NCBI GenBank assembly: GCA_038046685.1
Contig: JBBSVT010000103.1
Coordinates: 1 to 50,810, forward strand
DNA length: 50,810 nt
Direction: 5' to 3'
Origin: Nanobdellota archaeon
Lineage (GTDB): Archaea > Nanobdellota > Nanobdellia > Woesearchaeales > GW2011-AR4
The translations under genes and the position numbers were made by a program. Shown one piece after another: positions 28,501-37,745 of the stretch. How positions within the stretch are numbered: the stretch's first letter is position 1; every line of letters begins with the position of its first letter. Under the pieces are notes generated by a model, which saw nothing but the letters and a program-made list of their open reading frames with translations, searched no databases and was not told where the DNA came from.

Positions 28501-30580
28501 CTCGCGGCCCATCTGTTTTGCTGTAGGCCTGCACTATGATTTTTTTGACTTCACCAAGATTTTTGGCTGGGTCCTGGGAATAGTATCTTATAACATTAGT
28601 TCCATCATTTAAAGTCAATAGCTTATTGCCATTATCTCCATCAAATGCGTTGAGATTGCTTATTATTATTGTTTTGCTCGATGTTGATTTTTCGTAAGGG
28701 TGACCTTGGGAATTGCATGGTTCTAAGCACAAAAAGGTAACATAATCCTGAGAAGTCTTTAAGCCGTTTAATCCATTGATGCTGGTTTTGTCATGGATTT
28801 GGATAACTAGGCTATGAAGCACTCCTTTATTGATTATGGGCAATAGTGTTGTGTTTGGTCCAAAATAATCTATTTCACATTCTCGGCTTTCACAATCAAC
28901 ATTATCATCCCCGTCTGCATTCTTGACGCATACGCCACCAATATTTTGGCATGCCATTATTCCGCATTCATCTCCTGAAGGGTTAGTAATCTTATTGTTC
29001 TCGTCGTGATTGATTTTTGCATTAGAGCATTGGTCAGTAGAATAGTCCCTGCAAACTACATCTTCGCAATTCTTAGATTGACCATTGCGGAAATAGCATT
29101 TAAATGTGTCCCATGACAATAAATTTGATTTTTCTCTCGTACACAGGTCAAAAACTTCATTAAACGACTTAATGTTTTCCAGGGATTCTGTTCCCTTCTT
29201 GTCGCACCACTTACAGTTATATTCAGCAGTGCTTACACAAACTCCGATTCCAATCTGCCCTGCCAAATTCTTCCATCTGCAATTTGTGACTTTGCAGTTA
29301 TCTCTTGTGCAGGCCTCTTCAGTCTTGTAATCATAACAAGACATTGATGGCTCACAGCTAAAGCAGGAATTTATGGTTGAATGCGACCTGTCATAAAAGC
29401 AGTACTTGTTTGTTTCGCAGTCTTGTAAGGTATAGTAGAGTCCAAACGGGTTTGCACTTCTATAATTGCAGCTAATTTTGTTTATGCATGCAGGCCGATT
29501 ATTTGTTATTATGCAAAGCGTATCTGATGGGCAGGAAGCTCCAACCGGTGCAAGCCTGTTGAAATTGTTACACGAGAATGCTTTGTTAAAATTGTTGCCA
29601 AACTCTCTTCTCACTACATCAGGGAAGCTTTCTGAATATTTATCTGGAAAGTTTGTCAGCAAATAATTTTTATATTTATTATAATAGAAGTCGTTAATGC
29701 AGAAGTTATTTGCAGTAGGCTGATCCAAGCACTCTAGATTCCCTAGGCTCGCTGTTTTTGTTATTGTTGGTGTAGCGGTTTGCGGGCTATATCTTGCTTT
29801 AATCTGGTAAGTATACGTTGTATCAAAAAGCAAATCCTCTGACGCGTCTTCAAATGATTTTGTGTTTGTTGTTCCAACAAGTGCAAAGTTTGTGCATCCT
29901 CCATCTTTGCACCGGAGAATTTCATAAGATAAAGCATTTTCACTGCATTCGTCCTTCCATATTAATAAGAATTTTCTTTGGCCTTTTGCTGCTGTTATTT
30001 CAAAATCTTTTAATTCTGGAGTGTAGTTAGGATTGATGCAGCCGGCTCCTTGGCTGGTGCAACTTCCATCTAATTCAGTTCTATCAGCTGGGCTTGAGCA
30101 ACCTAGGTCTCCTCCCTCAAAGTCTGCGCATCCATTGTTGTCGTTGTCTATATTATCATCGCATTGGGGGATTGGGCATATTTGGTTGCAGTCAGCTTCG
30201 TCTTTATGAAATATTAATCCAGTTCCTTTGCATTGCGCCTCTGGCTTGATTGCTCCGCCTAATTCAGAGCAGCAGCATCCAATAGCACAGGCATTTATGC
30301 CAGAGCACGCCCTATTTACAAAAAAGAAATTGTTTGCACAATTACCGCTGTTGGATGGATTTTCTGGATTTTGGTCTGACACATAATATTCTGAAAAGTC
30401 CGTTTCTGGTGTTGGGCAACATTCCTTATCTTTTAATACCAATCTGTCTGCTGAGCAAGTTAGGAGGCCTGCTCCTGGATTACTGCAGCATCCAAGTTCG
30501 TCTGCTATGGTGATTGCAGCTATAACTAATCCAAATATAAATAATAAGATTACTATTACCCCTTTTTTTATTGTACTCAT
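25517..30580 (-). CDS. Giant (1687 aa) Cys-rich cell-surface protein
   Basis: Signal peptide; Cys-rich N-terminus; FN3/Ig-like centre; three E.D.DCGG repeats; three DxDxDG TSP3-like repeats; C-terminal TM and Lys-rich cytoplasmic tail. Confidence 0.85.
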   Translation of the reverse strand: MSTIKKGVIVILLFIFGLVIAAITIADELGCCSNPGAGLLTCSADRLVLKDKECCPTPETDFSEYYVSDQNPENPSNSGNCANNFFFVNRACSGINACAIGCCCSELGGAIKPEAQCKGTGLIFHKDEADCNQICPIPQCDDNIDNDNNGCADFEGGDLGCSSPADRTELDGSCTSQGAGCINPNYTPELKDFEITAAKGQRKFLLIWKDECSENALSYEILRCKDGGCTNFALVGTTNTKSFEDASEDLLFDTTYTYQIKARYSPQTATPTITKTASLGNLECLDQPTANNFCINDFYYNKYKNYLLTNFPDKYSESFPDVVRREFGNNFNKAFSCNNFNRLAPVGASCPSDTLCIITNNRPACINKISCNYRSANPFGLYYTLQDCETNKYCFYDRSHSTINSCFSCEPSMSCYDYKTEEACTRDNCKVTNCRWKNLAGQIGIGVCVSTAEYNCKWCDKKGTESLENIKSFNEVFDLCTREKSNLLSWDTFKCYFRNGQSKNCEDVVCRDYSTDQCSNAKINHDENNKITNPSGDECGIMACQNIGGVCVKNADGDDNVDCESRECEIDYFGPNTTLLPIINKGVLHSLVIQIHDKTSINGLNGLKTSQDYVTFLCLEPCNSQGHPYEKSTSSKTIIISNLNAFDGDNGNKLLTLNDGTNVIRYYSQDPAKNLGEVKKIIVQAYSKTDGPRVLNIEITDGTKVLEKYFTSNQKPNINVRFVEPAIITFARLVNKETGYIETLQGNDMSNKNVSLTVERMLPNGEYTFELNAKNQDGIFMDQSFSATIVIDNIKPELTIAPSNGSVLNDSEIMIKLEFDKEVGLATATINSKDIKYLFSTNNNKLFTAVVNLTDGNKKLEISAKDFAKNEITGFVLFIVDANPTTISLASPRFGTASKYTFNIIIETDNNAECRHSLDDDFEFEFMEKFTNTGGVSHTIPNFNKIPDGDTKTHKLNVRCQNQQSSFRSFDINVDTSPPNLKSAFAYPNPVVEKPSTTALTIEVDEPVVCKFSNTSNDFDTMDGKFSGFDNETFRVINKQEITVKNEGNYLYFVSCKNKAELKSGTKEIPFKVDLKAPISIISHTPEFFNSTDVTLAVETNKKSQCKYSENDALIEDGTIFGVSGYSHTKKLVLIPGKHTFFVKCKDQYLEKFSDVMPVSFTIDITPPRLLSVDDNSTLSNNPDYTSSADSLRVKWESLEEESKLSSHLYSLVESGNPNEIVNWTTSYANKKWVVVTKSNGNSLGLTNGSRYFFRVQAKNVVGLFSDVKESDGITVDTSLEPASCSNEITDNGEIDTDCGGGCKLCGVGKKCGADSDCKTNFCNNELCTIPKCDDNVKNQEESDADCGGVCKKCQNNQNCNNHNDCKSEFCSYGTCRPQESCLDGILTSGESDIDCGGPCPTKCSEGNTCGVNEDCENSLKCFSYQCKRCEENDENCNGIPDIDEPQQGKDTDKDGLPDQWEVQNGLNPNEPNDAQLDSDNDGLTNIEEFNLMKIYGNSTDPNNPDTDNDGFTDKDEVDKNTNPTDPEDHPKSSFLKILLFAFGIVILLIGFGYLAYKAKTTKKEKFGLPKQKSLSKTITQQPPKQFSRAREDAINIRERLRKKSEQKKAEIAKLFKTFEIEKSHDEVNPPKVEKPESRETKLGEMGIHKNKQTKHKKPREDVFIRLKQIAKESKQKKAVKHKNAPK

Positions 30581-31764
30581 ATTCTATTTACAGTTATAAC
30601 TTGGTAATCTGATAATTGACCATCTGTCACTTCAATTTTGAAACTAATCTGGGGTTGATTCAATACTTTTGGTAGTTTTGGCGTTATAACAAAGGCATTT
30701 TCGTCCTCGTCTGGATCTTCTGCTCTTAATTCCTGACCTTGTAGTAAATCGTTTTGGGTTATTGTGTAAAGGTACGGAAATTCAAGAACATTTTTTTCTA
30801 TATAATAAAGAGCCGGGGCCCTGTTTCTTCTGGCAAATATGTACTCAAATGGTTTCCCGTAGACTAATGATTTTTCATCTGTTATTATCACCAAATCATC
30901 CTTGGAAAATGCATTCTCAAACAATTGTATGTTAAATGAATTTTTATTATTGTTTTGGCTTCTGATATTAAATTTTATATTTCTGACGTCATTTTCGATT
31001 AATTCCTTTGTAAAGAAGTAAATATCTTTAAGCCTTACCTTAATATTAGTTGAGGTTTCCGTGATTTTAACATTTTCTTTTGTCACGATATTATTTATGG
31101 TTATTGGTATTTTTGAATTAACGCTTATATCACTTCTGCCTATAAGGACAGAAGTTTTTGATGAATTTGCAGTTATGTTATAGCCTTGCACTTCGAAAGA
31201 ATCAAGATTTATGCAACTGGCCATATTATTATCAATAAAATTTTCTATCTGGATTTGTATTGAGTTTGGGCCTTCTGAAGAGTTTAGTGGAGGCATTGTG
31301 CTTATTCCGAAAAACCCATCAAACATTTTGTCATTTGAAGAGCCAATTTTATATGGGAATGTTGCCCATGGATAGCTTGGAATTTCTGATGAATAACGAG
31401 ATAAAGCAAAGCTTGCAGGCACTATATTGTATGCAACATTAAGGTTTAGATGTTTAATAAAAAATATTCCTTCATCAGTCTCTGCATAGTCAACTACTGT
31501 TCCACCTTGGCTTTTGTGGATATAGCCGCCTTGCTTGCCAAGCAGCAATATGGAGTCTTTTGCAAGTTTGTCTAAGCATTTGTTTACAAGTTCTTTGATT
31601 GGAGGTATATCCATTGCAGCTTCCGGTGCATTTTCCAAATTCCGCTCGCTCTCCTTTTTAACTGATAATTTGGATAAATACAAAACAAAAATTACTACAA
31701 TAAACAACAGGAAACCGACGATCATAAGCATAGTAATCTGCGATCTCATAGATTTTGTTTTCAT
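30577..31764 (-). CDS. Class III signal peptide protein
   Basis: MKTKSMRS|QITMLMIVG; LGKQGGYI; NRAPAL; AEDPDED. ATG at 31764 overlaps the upstream stop. Confidence 0.78.
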   Translation of the reverse strand: MKTKSMRSQITMLMIVGFLLFIVVIFVLYLSKLSVKKESERNLENAPEAAMDIPPIKELVNKCLDKLAKDSILLLGKQGGYIHKSQGGTVVDYAETDEGIFFIKHLNLNVAYNIVPASFALSRYSSEIPSYPWATFPYKIGSSNDKMFDGFFGISTMPPLNSSEGPNSIQIQIENFIDNNMASCINLDSFEVQGYNITANSSKTSVLIGRSDISVNSKIPITINNIVTKENVKITETSTNIKVRLKDIYFFTKELIENDVRNIKFNIRSQNNNKNSFNIQLFENAFSKDDLVIITDEKSLVYGKPFEYIFARRNRAPALYYIEKNVLEFPYLYTITQNDLLQGQELRAEDPDEDENAFVITPKLPKVLNQPQISFKIEVTDGQLSDYQVITVNRI

Positions 31765-34700
31765 GTCAATCTTAGTTTTGAAGTTAAATCTGGCCATATT
31801 ATTTCTGGATTTAAGCTTGTAAGTTTGCTTCCCTGCACAAGAATATAATAGTTGCTGTTGTCCATTCGACAAGAAATTCCTGAAGATGCGTCTCTTCTAG
31901 CTTGATTGAATGTATCTGCAAAATTGCAGATATTGGTAGTAAATCCTAAGTACTCGATAACTGAATTCTTGAAGCTTTCTCCTTCCAAAGCGCCCCTTAT
32001 TATTCTGCTTCCTTGTTGTGTCATATATAATCTATCAAATTTCCTTATAGCATTAACATACGACCCATCAAATGGAGGAGTTGTTACTAGCCTTTTGATA
32101 GCATCAATTACAGCTTTTATGGGATTGGTAATAAATTCATCAATTGATGCAAGAGGATTTTCTTCCTCGGGAATTGTTATTGGGGTTGCGCTGTATATAA
32201 AGCTCTTCAGCCTCTTGTTGAACCAAGCCTTGTTTGTCGCATCGCAAGAATGGTATTGGCCGTCATCTATCAAGGCATTGTTGCAATTAGTAACCCCAAG
32301 AATATTAAAACTGTTTGCAGGAACATCTTCCAAATTTCTGTTTATTGACGTTGCTGCAATAATTATGCTTCCACTTTTCAAAACACAAAAGTTATTTGTC
32401 TGTAAGTTAGTAAGAACATTGGCAACAATTTCTCCTGACTCGCTTATGTATTGCAGGTTATTTAGGGTATTTTCTTTTGTATCGCAAAAAAGTGTAAAAT
32501 CTCCGCCCTTAAGCTTCAATAGCTTCAAAGCCAGTAATTTAGTTCTTGATGACCATTGTCCATTCTCACAATAATTGTCTTCAATATACTGGTTTTGTTC
32601 AATGCACTGCGCTGATTCGGCTGCTAATGGATCAACAAGGCATTGTGTTTCTCTTGGACAATAACCGGATTTGCTTCTGTCAGGAGTAAATTTAAGGATT
32701 GACCTTACCCAGTTGCCATCTATGCATCTTTGTCCATTAAGTGGTTGTGCCTGCGGCTCGTTTCTTTGATTGGAGATACAAGAAGCACCATTCCAGCATT
32801 GATCTTGTGGGCAACACTCTGATGGCAGTGGTGTTGCAAGTGGACTTGATGTAGTTGTTTGTGTTGAAGATGCACTACCTGGTCTAACTTCAAAAAAGAG
32901 TTCTTCTGAAGATGAAAGTTGAGGTAAACTTTCTCCAATAATTACATAAAGCGAATAAAGACCAGTAGGCCATGCGCTAGTCTGTCCAGGTTGAACAGTA
33001 ACCTCAAATTTTTGTCCATCTCGAATAAATCCAATACCATCACCATATACACTTCTATCCCAAATGTTTTCGCTTCCTCTTTTTTTAGTTACATAGACTC
33101 TAATTGGATAAGAAGGGCTAATGACCTTATTCACACCTACCTCAAGCTTAACTGTTTGGCCTTGTTGTACTATAACGGGGTCAGCTGCACTTCCTCTAAA
33201 TAGGTTATTCATTCTAATAAATGGTTCTAATGGGTTTTTATTAGATGGAGTATAAGTAGCACTTCCCAGTAATGGTGGGTCAACTTTTGTGATAACAGTG
33301 CCAGAAGTAGATGTTCCAGAAGAAGCTGGTGCAGTACTTAATCGTATTCTTTCAGTGCCCTCTGTTGGAAGCCATTTTTCAGAATATGAGCAATAATAAT
33401 TACTCTCTGGATCATTAAAGCAATAAACATGGTTTGTTATTAATTGATTGTTGGTATGTTTGTCACGCAATGCTAGTAGATTGTCGTTATTTGTATTGAA
33501 ATTTCTTCTATCAATTGCACATCCATGAAATTCACCATTATAATTTATCACAGAATTATCTGTGCTTTTAACAAAATCTACGCTAATTGTTAGATTGCTG
33601 TTCCAACAACCGCCTGTCCCTCCAGGATCATTGTAATATTCCTTTTGACTAGTTAAATTGTCATCTGCTTCACTACAACATTTTGTTCCAGTCCATTTAA
33701 AGCCAGCTGCTTCACATGTTTTCTTATTTTTGTTGTTAAGCGATGCATCACCTCTATTTGGCTCTGATGTGTCTAATTCTGTAACGAATTTGCCATCTGA
33801 TCTACAGTAGCTTATGAAATTTGCACCAGGAAGACTTACTGAAGGGGGTGTTGTTGGTGGAATAGGGGGTGGAGGCAAAGAAGTTGGTGACAATATTATT
33901 CTTTGGCAAGTTATCTTACAATTAGCATTTCCATTATTTCCGCCTCCTTCCCATGCTCTGCAACTGTCTGCTCCTTCGTTATCACATCCATGGTTTCTAC
34001 CGTATCCCTCATCAGTGCATCTAACTCTTGAATCTCCACTATCACAATTGATTATTCCACTACCAGAGACTATTCCGGTTGTTCTGGTGTATTCTTGTGT
34101 TGATGTGGAAGGAGGGGTTATTCCTCCGGCAGTAGGAGGTGTAGTGGTTAGTACTACAGAAGGTACAGACACAACGGTATTAAATGGCGGCTGTTGAATA
34201 GACTGGCCTGTTGTTAATTTCTTGCCATCAATTCTTGAGTTGCAAGAACCTTCACCACAGCATTCAACAATTGATTCTCTACCTCTGCCAATGCAAATAT
34301 ATTCATGGCTATTAATTGTGTTCTTCCATACAGTTCCATCACACTTAATCCAAGTATTTCCATCCGATAGGTATTCTGCTCCTGAACACCCTAGATACCT
34401 TATATCTCCGACATTAGTGGATGGGGATATCCAATTAGATTGCTGTTCTGAGGTGCCTGCGTTACATAAAGCTCCAGAAACTATTTTAGCACAATCGTCA
34501 GCATCATCACCACAGCATTTGCCTTGTTCATTCCAATCACTTCTAGCAATACAGTTACATGCGCCGCTTGAAACATCTGGGTTTGTTTGCTGTACTATAT
34601 TGTCTGGAACATTTTTGCAGTCGCAGTTTTCTGCTCTTTTGCATTTCTCTTCAGGAAGAAAATAACTAAACTCTGCCGGGGCTAAAGAGCCAAAATCTGT

Positions 34701-34886
34701 CTTTACATCTCCTGTTTTATAACATCCAGGACTCTGTACTTGGCAGGATTGTGGTGATGATGATGCACCACTTCCACCTCCACCTCCCCCAAATGCTTCG
34801 GCTATTTGAAATAAGAACATCAAAAAGAGTACATACGAAAAAAAAATTACAATAATCTTAGTGTGTTTCTTAGATTTTATTGACAT
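31761..34886 (-). CDS. Large (1041 aa) secreted Cys-rich protein
   Basis: Signal peptide, poly-Gly/Ser linker, CCGDD, WTGTKCCSE, YCENGQWSSRTK; Pro/Thr-rich linkers. Confidence 0.82.
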   Translation of the reverse strand: MSIKSKKHTKIIVIFFSYVLFLMFLFQIAEAFGGGGGGSGASSSPQSCQVQSPGCYKTGDVKTDFGSLAPAEFSYFLPEEKCKRAENCDCKNVPDNIVQQTNPDVSSGACNCIARSDWNEQGKCCGDDADDCAKIVSGALCNAGTSEQQSNWISPSTNVGDIRYLGCSGAEYLSDGNTWIKCDGTVWKNTINSHEYICIGRGRESIVECCGEGSCNSRIDGKKLTTGQSIQQPPFNTVVSVPSVVLTTTPPTAGGITPPSTSTQEYTRTTGIVSGSGIINCDSGDSRVRCTDEGYGRNHGCDNEGADSCRAWEGGGNNGNANCKITCQRIILSPTSLPPPPIPPTTPPSVSLPGANFISYCRSDGKFVTELDTSEPNRGDASLNNKNKKTCEAAGFKWTGTKCCSEADDNLTSQKEYYNDPGGTGGCWNSNLTISVDFVKSTDNSVINYNGEFHGCAIDRRNFNTNNDNLLALRDKHTNNQLITNHVYCFNDPESNYYCSYSEKWLPTEGTERIRLSTAPASSGTSTSGTVITKVDPPLLGSATYTPSNKNPLEPFIRMNNLFRGSAADPVIVQQGQTVKLEVGVNKVISPSYPIRVYVTKKRGSENIWDRSVYGDGIGFIRDGQKFEVTVQPGQTSAWPTGLYSLYVIIGESLPQLSSSEELFFEVRPGSASSTQTTTSSPLATPLPSECCPQDQCWNGASCISNQRNEPQAQPLNGQRCIDGNWVRSILKFTPDRSKSGYCPRETQCLVDPLAAESAQCIEQNQYIEDNYCENGQWSSRTKLLALKLLKLKGGDFTLFCDTKENTLNNLQYISESGEIVANVLTNLQTNNFCVLKSGSIIIAATSINRNLEDVPANSFNILGVTNCNNALIDDGQYHSCDATNKAWFNKRLKSFIYSATPITIPEEENPLASIDEFITNPIKAVIDAIKRLVTTPPFDGSYVNAIRKFDRLYMTQQGSRIIRGALEGESFKNSVIEYLGFTTNICNFADTFNQARRDASSGISCRMDNSNYYILVQGSKLTSLNPEIIWPDLTSKLRLT

Positions 34887-36300
34887 ATTTCCTCTTTTTA
34901 AGGATTAAGGCTGTGCTTATAATTATTGTCAAGTAAACTAAAATATTTCCATGTTTTGTATAAAAAGTTTTGTAGCTATTTACATATATCTCCCCTATTA
35001 AAATCTTTTCTTTTTCCGGCTCTATCGAGTTTACAACCTTGCCTAAAGGGTTTATAATTTGAGTTATTCCATCATTTGTGGCCCTGACAACATATTTTGC
35101 ATTCTCTGCTGCCCTTAATCTTGTGAATTGGGAGATTATTGAGTGGCCTCTTCCTAAATCCTGATTGTTAGACAAGGAAATGATAAACTGAGAACCTTTA
35201 TTCGAGTAGTCCCTTGCTATTGATTGCATTGATTCTTCATTGCACATCATAATCCCATAGAGATTGCTTTGGTGCTCAATAATTTTGAGAGCATTGCCTT
35301 TGACAACCTCCTTATCCAAAAAAAATGGTTCTGTCGAGTTGTACATATCTATGTAACCATCTGGCTTAAATACAAAAGCTGTATCTTTATATCTAACTTT
35401 ATCACTCGTATAAGATAAAGAGCCCACTATTAATGTTGTATTTAATTGTTGTGCTGTTCTTTTTAGTAATGCAGATACTGTTTTATTATCTAAAATATCC
35501 TCATTCAATGAATATTCTGGCCATATAATCATATCCGGTTTATTCTTTGAGGCTTCATAACTCATATTTAAGTATGTGTTAAGTATTAGACCAAAAGCAT
35601 TATTCTGCCGCCATTTCCATTCATATGGAAAATTTCCCTGTAACAATGCAACCTTTACTTTCTTGCCATTGTATGGGAATCCTGAATAGTTGCTGTAAAA
35701 TAGCGATGCCAAGATTATCATCAATAAAAAAACTTCAAAAAAAAGCAATATTCTGTTTTTTTTGATAAAGTAATAGGATAGGATGGAATTAGATAAGATT
35801 ATAAGAAAGGTTACACCATAACTTCCGACATACCATATTATGGGCACAGCTGCTGGTTGGAAAATTGATAAATCCATCCAATAAATTTTAATTGGCATGA
35901 TTTGATAAACAAGCAACAAAAACAGCCATATCAAAGGAGGCAATAGAATTACATAATAATCTTTTATTTTTTTAGAAAAAAAAGAAATCAAGATTAGGAA
36001 AATGGTAAAATATAGTGTAAATATCAGAATAGCAAGCATGTAAAGTTCTAAATAAAACTTAATTTTTACATTATAAACCCAATTAAAAAAAAATAATGAG
36101 GTTATTAAGCCATAAATTATGCTTAATTCTAGAATTCTTCTGCAGTTTTTTATGAAAGCAAGATAAATTAACGGGGAAAATGCTATCCAGATCAAAAAAT
36201 AAAAACCATAAGAGACGGAAACCAACATCAATATCGCTAAACCTACCAAAAAGATTTCTGATTTGTTAAAATATTTCAATATTCTAAATTTATATATCAA
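34870..36300 (-). CDS. lnt: Apolipoprotein N-acyltransferase-like protein (TM domain + carbon-nitrogen hydrolase domain)
   Basis: Multi-TM N-terminus, GSYGVTFL, VALLQGN, IIWPE, MCNE, LSNN, RAAEN..VVRATNDGIT, TFYTKHGN. The catalytic Lys is not evident. Confidence 0.82.
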   Translation of the reverse strand: MIYKFRILKYFNKSEIFLVGLAILMLVSVSYGFYFLIWIAFSPLIYLAFIKNCRRILELSIIYGLITSLFFFNWVYNVKIKFYLELYMLAILIFTLYFTIFLILISFFSKKIKDYYVILLPPLIWLFLLLVYQIMPIKIYWMDLSIFQPAAVPIIWYVGSYGVTFLIILSNSILSYYFIKKNRILLFFEVFLLMIILASLFYSNYSGFPYNGKKVKVALLQGNFPYEWKWRQNNAFGLILNTYLNMSYEASKNKPDMIIWPEYSLNEDILDNKTVSALLKRTAQQLNTTLIVGSLSYTSDKVRYKDTAFVFKPDGYIDMYNSTEPFFLDKEVVKGNALKIIEHQSNLYGIMMCNEESMQSIARDYSNKGSQFIISLSNNQDLGRGHSIISQFTRLRAAENAKYVVRATNDGITQIINPLGKVVNSIEPEKEKILIGEIYVNSYKTFYTKHGNILVYLTIIISTALILKKRKYVNKI

Positions 36301-36925
36301 TTGTTAATGACTCCTTTGCCTTATTTCTATCCATTCCAAGTATTGTAAATAAACTGATTACATCATGGGGTAGTCTTATACCAAACGGGTCTTCAGAAAA
36401 AGAGGCAATTTTTGTTTGTACTTTATATTTCTGGCACAATTTTATGTTTTGCATCATTCTTCCAAGTAATATGGAAGTAGTTTGAGCACCTTTACCAAAC
36501 AATGAACCATAAGAAAATCCGATAGCAATGTTATTTTTCTTGGCTAGTTCGCATAAAGTGTGGTTCAATCCAGCTGCTCTTTGATGCAGTGAATCTCTCT
36601 TGTCGGTATCTTCAAATCCATATATTAATCTTATTTTTTGGCTTTCAATAAAAAATTTATCAAGGTCTGAACTTTTTGATACAATCAATCTTGTCTCTTT
36701 TAAGGCATTGTTAATATTCTTTTCATTAACTATAAATCCATACTCTACACTCATATTTTTGTGGATTTCCCCTAGTTTTGATTTCGCTTGTAATTCCTCT
36801 ATGCCATGCTCCCCATAATTATAAAGAAAATATATTTTTTTAATTCCTAGCCTTAATCCTATTTCAATAAATTCTGATTCCTTGTTGTTTTTTGGGATCA
36901 CTATATCACTAAACATAAGCATCAA
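36290..36925 (-). CDS. rnp3: Ribonuclease P protein component 3 (Rpp30 family)
   Basis: GLNHTLCELAKKNNIAIGFS, QNIKLCQKYKV..IASFSEDP..R.PHD. Confidence 0.75.
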   Translation of the reverse strand: MMLMFSDIVIPKNNKESEFIEIGLRLGIKKIYFLYNYGEHGIEELQAKSKLGEIHKNMSVEYGFIVNEKNINNALKETRLIVSKSSDLDKFFIESQKIRLIYGFEDTDKRDSLHQRAAGLNHTLCELAKKNNIAIGFSYGSLFGKGAQTTSILLGRMMQNIKLCQKYKVQTKIASFSEDPFGIRLPHDVISLFTILGMDRNKAKESLTIDI

Positions 36926-36966
36926 ATTTACAACTTTTTATTTAAAGTTATTGTTCTATTTAAAAA

Positions 36967-37026
36967 CAAAAGTATTTATAAATAGCCTTGCTTTTTAAAC
37001 ATCAAAAATTCAAAAGTATTTATAAA
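36967..37026 (+). promoter_or_regulatory. Tandem identical BRE/TATA elements upstream of tbp
   Basis: CAAAAGTATTTATAAA at 36967-36982 and 37011-37026. Confidence 0.65.
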
Positions 37027-37190
37027 GACTTGTTTGGATTTTTGAGTGCGCTCAGAAATCGTTAAATGATTTCTGGCACATTTACAACAAAAATCAAGAT
37101 AACGGGGCTTATAAAGCATTAAAATACCACTATTAAGCTTCTTAAGCCCTTGTCGGTTAAAATAAGGATTATTTGGGGGTGTATTTAAAT

Positions 37191-37745
37191 ATGGCTAAAA
37201 AAGAAACTAAAAGAGATATAAAAGTAGTAAATATAGTAGTTTCTACATCTTTAAAGCATGATATACCACTTGAAAAGATGGCAGCGACTCTAAGTAATAC
37301 AGAATACAACCCAGAACAATTTCCTGGGCTTGTAATAAGAATTAAAGAGCCTAAAACGTCTGCTTTGATTTTTTCTTCAGGTAAAGTAGTATGCACTGGG
37401 GCCCGTTCAATGGAAAAGGTTGAAGAGAGTATTAAAAAAATAATTAAAAGTTTGGAAAAAATTAACGTTAAAATAACTATAAAGCCTGAGATTAAAATAC
37501 AGAATATTGTAGCATCTGGTAGTGTTGGCATGGACTTAAACTTAAACATTTTAGCCATGAAGTTGGAGAATACTGAGTATGAGCCTGAGCAGTTTCCCGG
37601 CCTAGTTTATAAGCTTACAGCTGCAAAAGCAACATTTTTGCTTTTCAGTAATGGAAAGGTTGTTTGCACTGGGACAAAGAGCGAGAAAGAAGTGCATGCG
37701 GCTCTGGACAAACTGATTGAGAACTTAAAGAAAGTTAAGGCTTAA
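37191..37745 (+). CDS. tbp: TATA-box-binding protein
   Basis: Two repeats: EYNPEQFPGL..LIFSSGKVVCTG and EYEPEQFPGL..LLFSNGKVVCTG. Confidence 0.98.
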   Translation: MAKKETKRDIKVVNIVVSTSLKHDIPLEKMAATLSNTEYNPEQFPGLVIRIKEPKTSALIFSSGKVVCTGARSMEKVEESIKKIIKSLEKINVKITIKPEIKIQNIVASGSVGMDLNLNILAMKLENTEYEPEQFPGLVYKLTAAKATFLLFSNGKVVCTGTKSEKEVHAALDKLIENLKKVKA

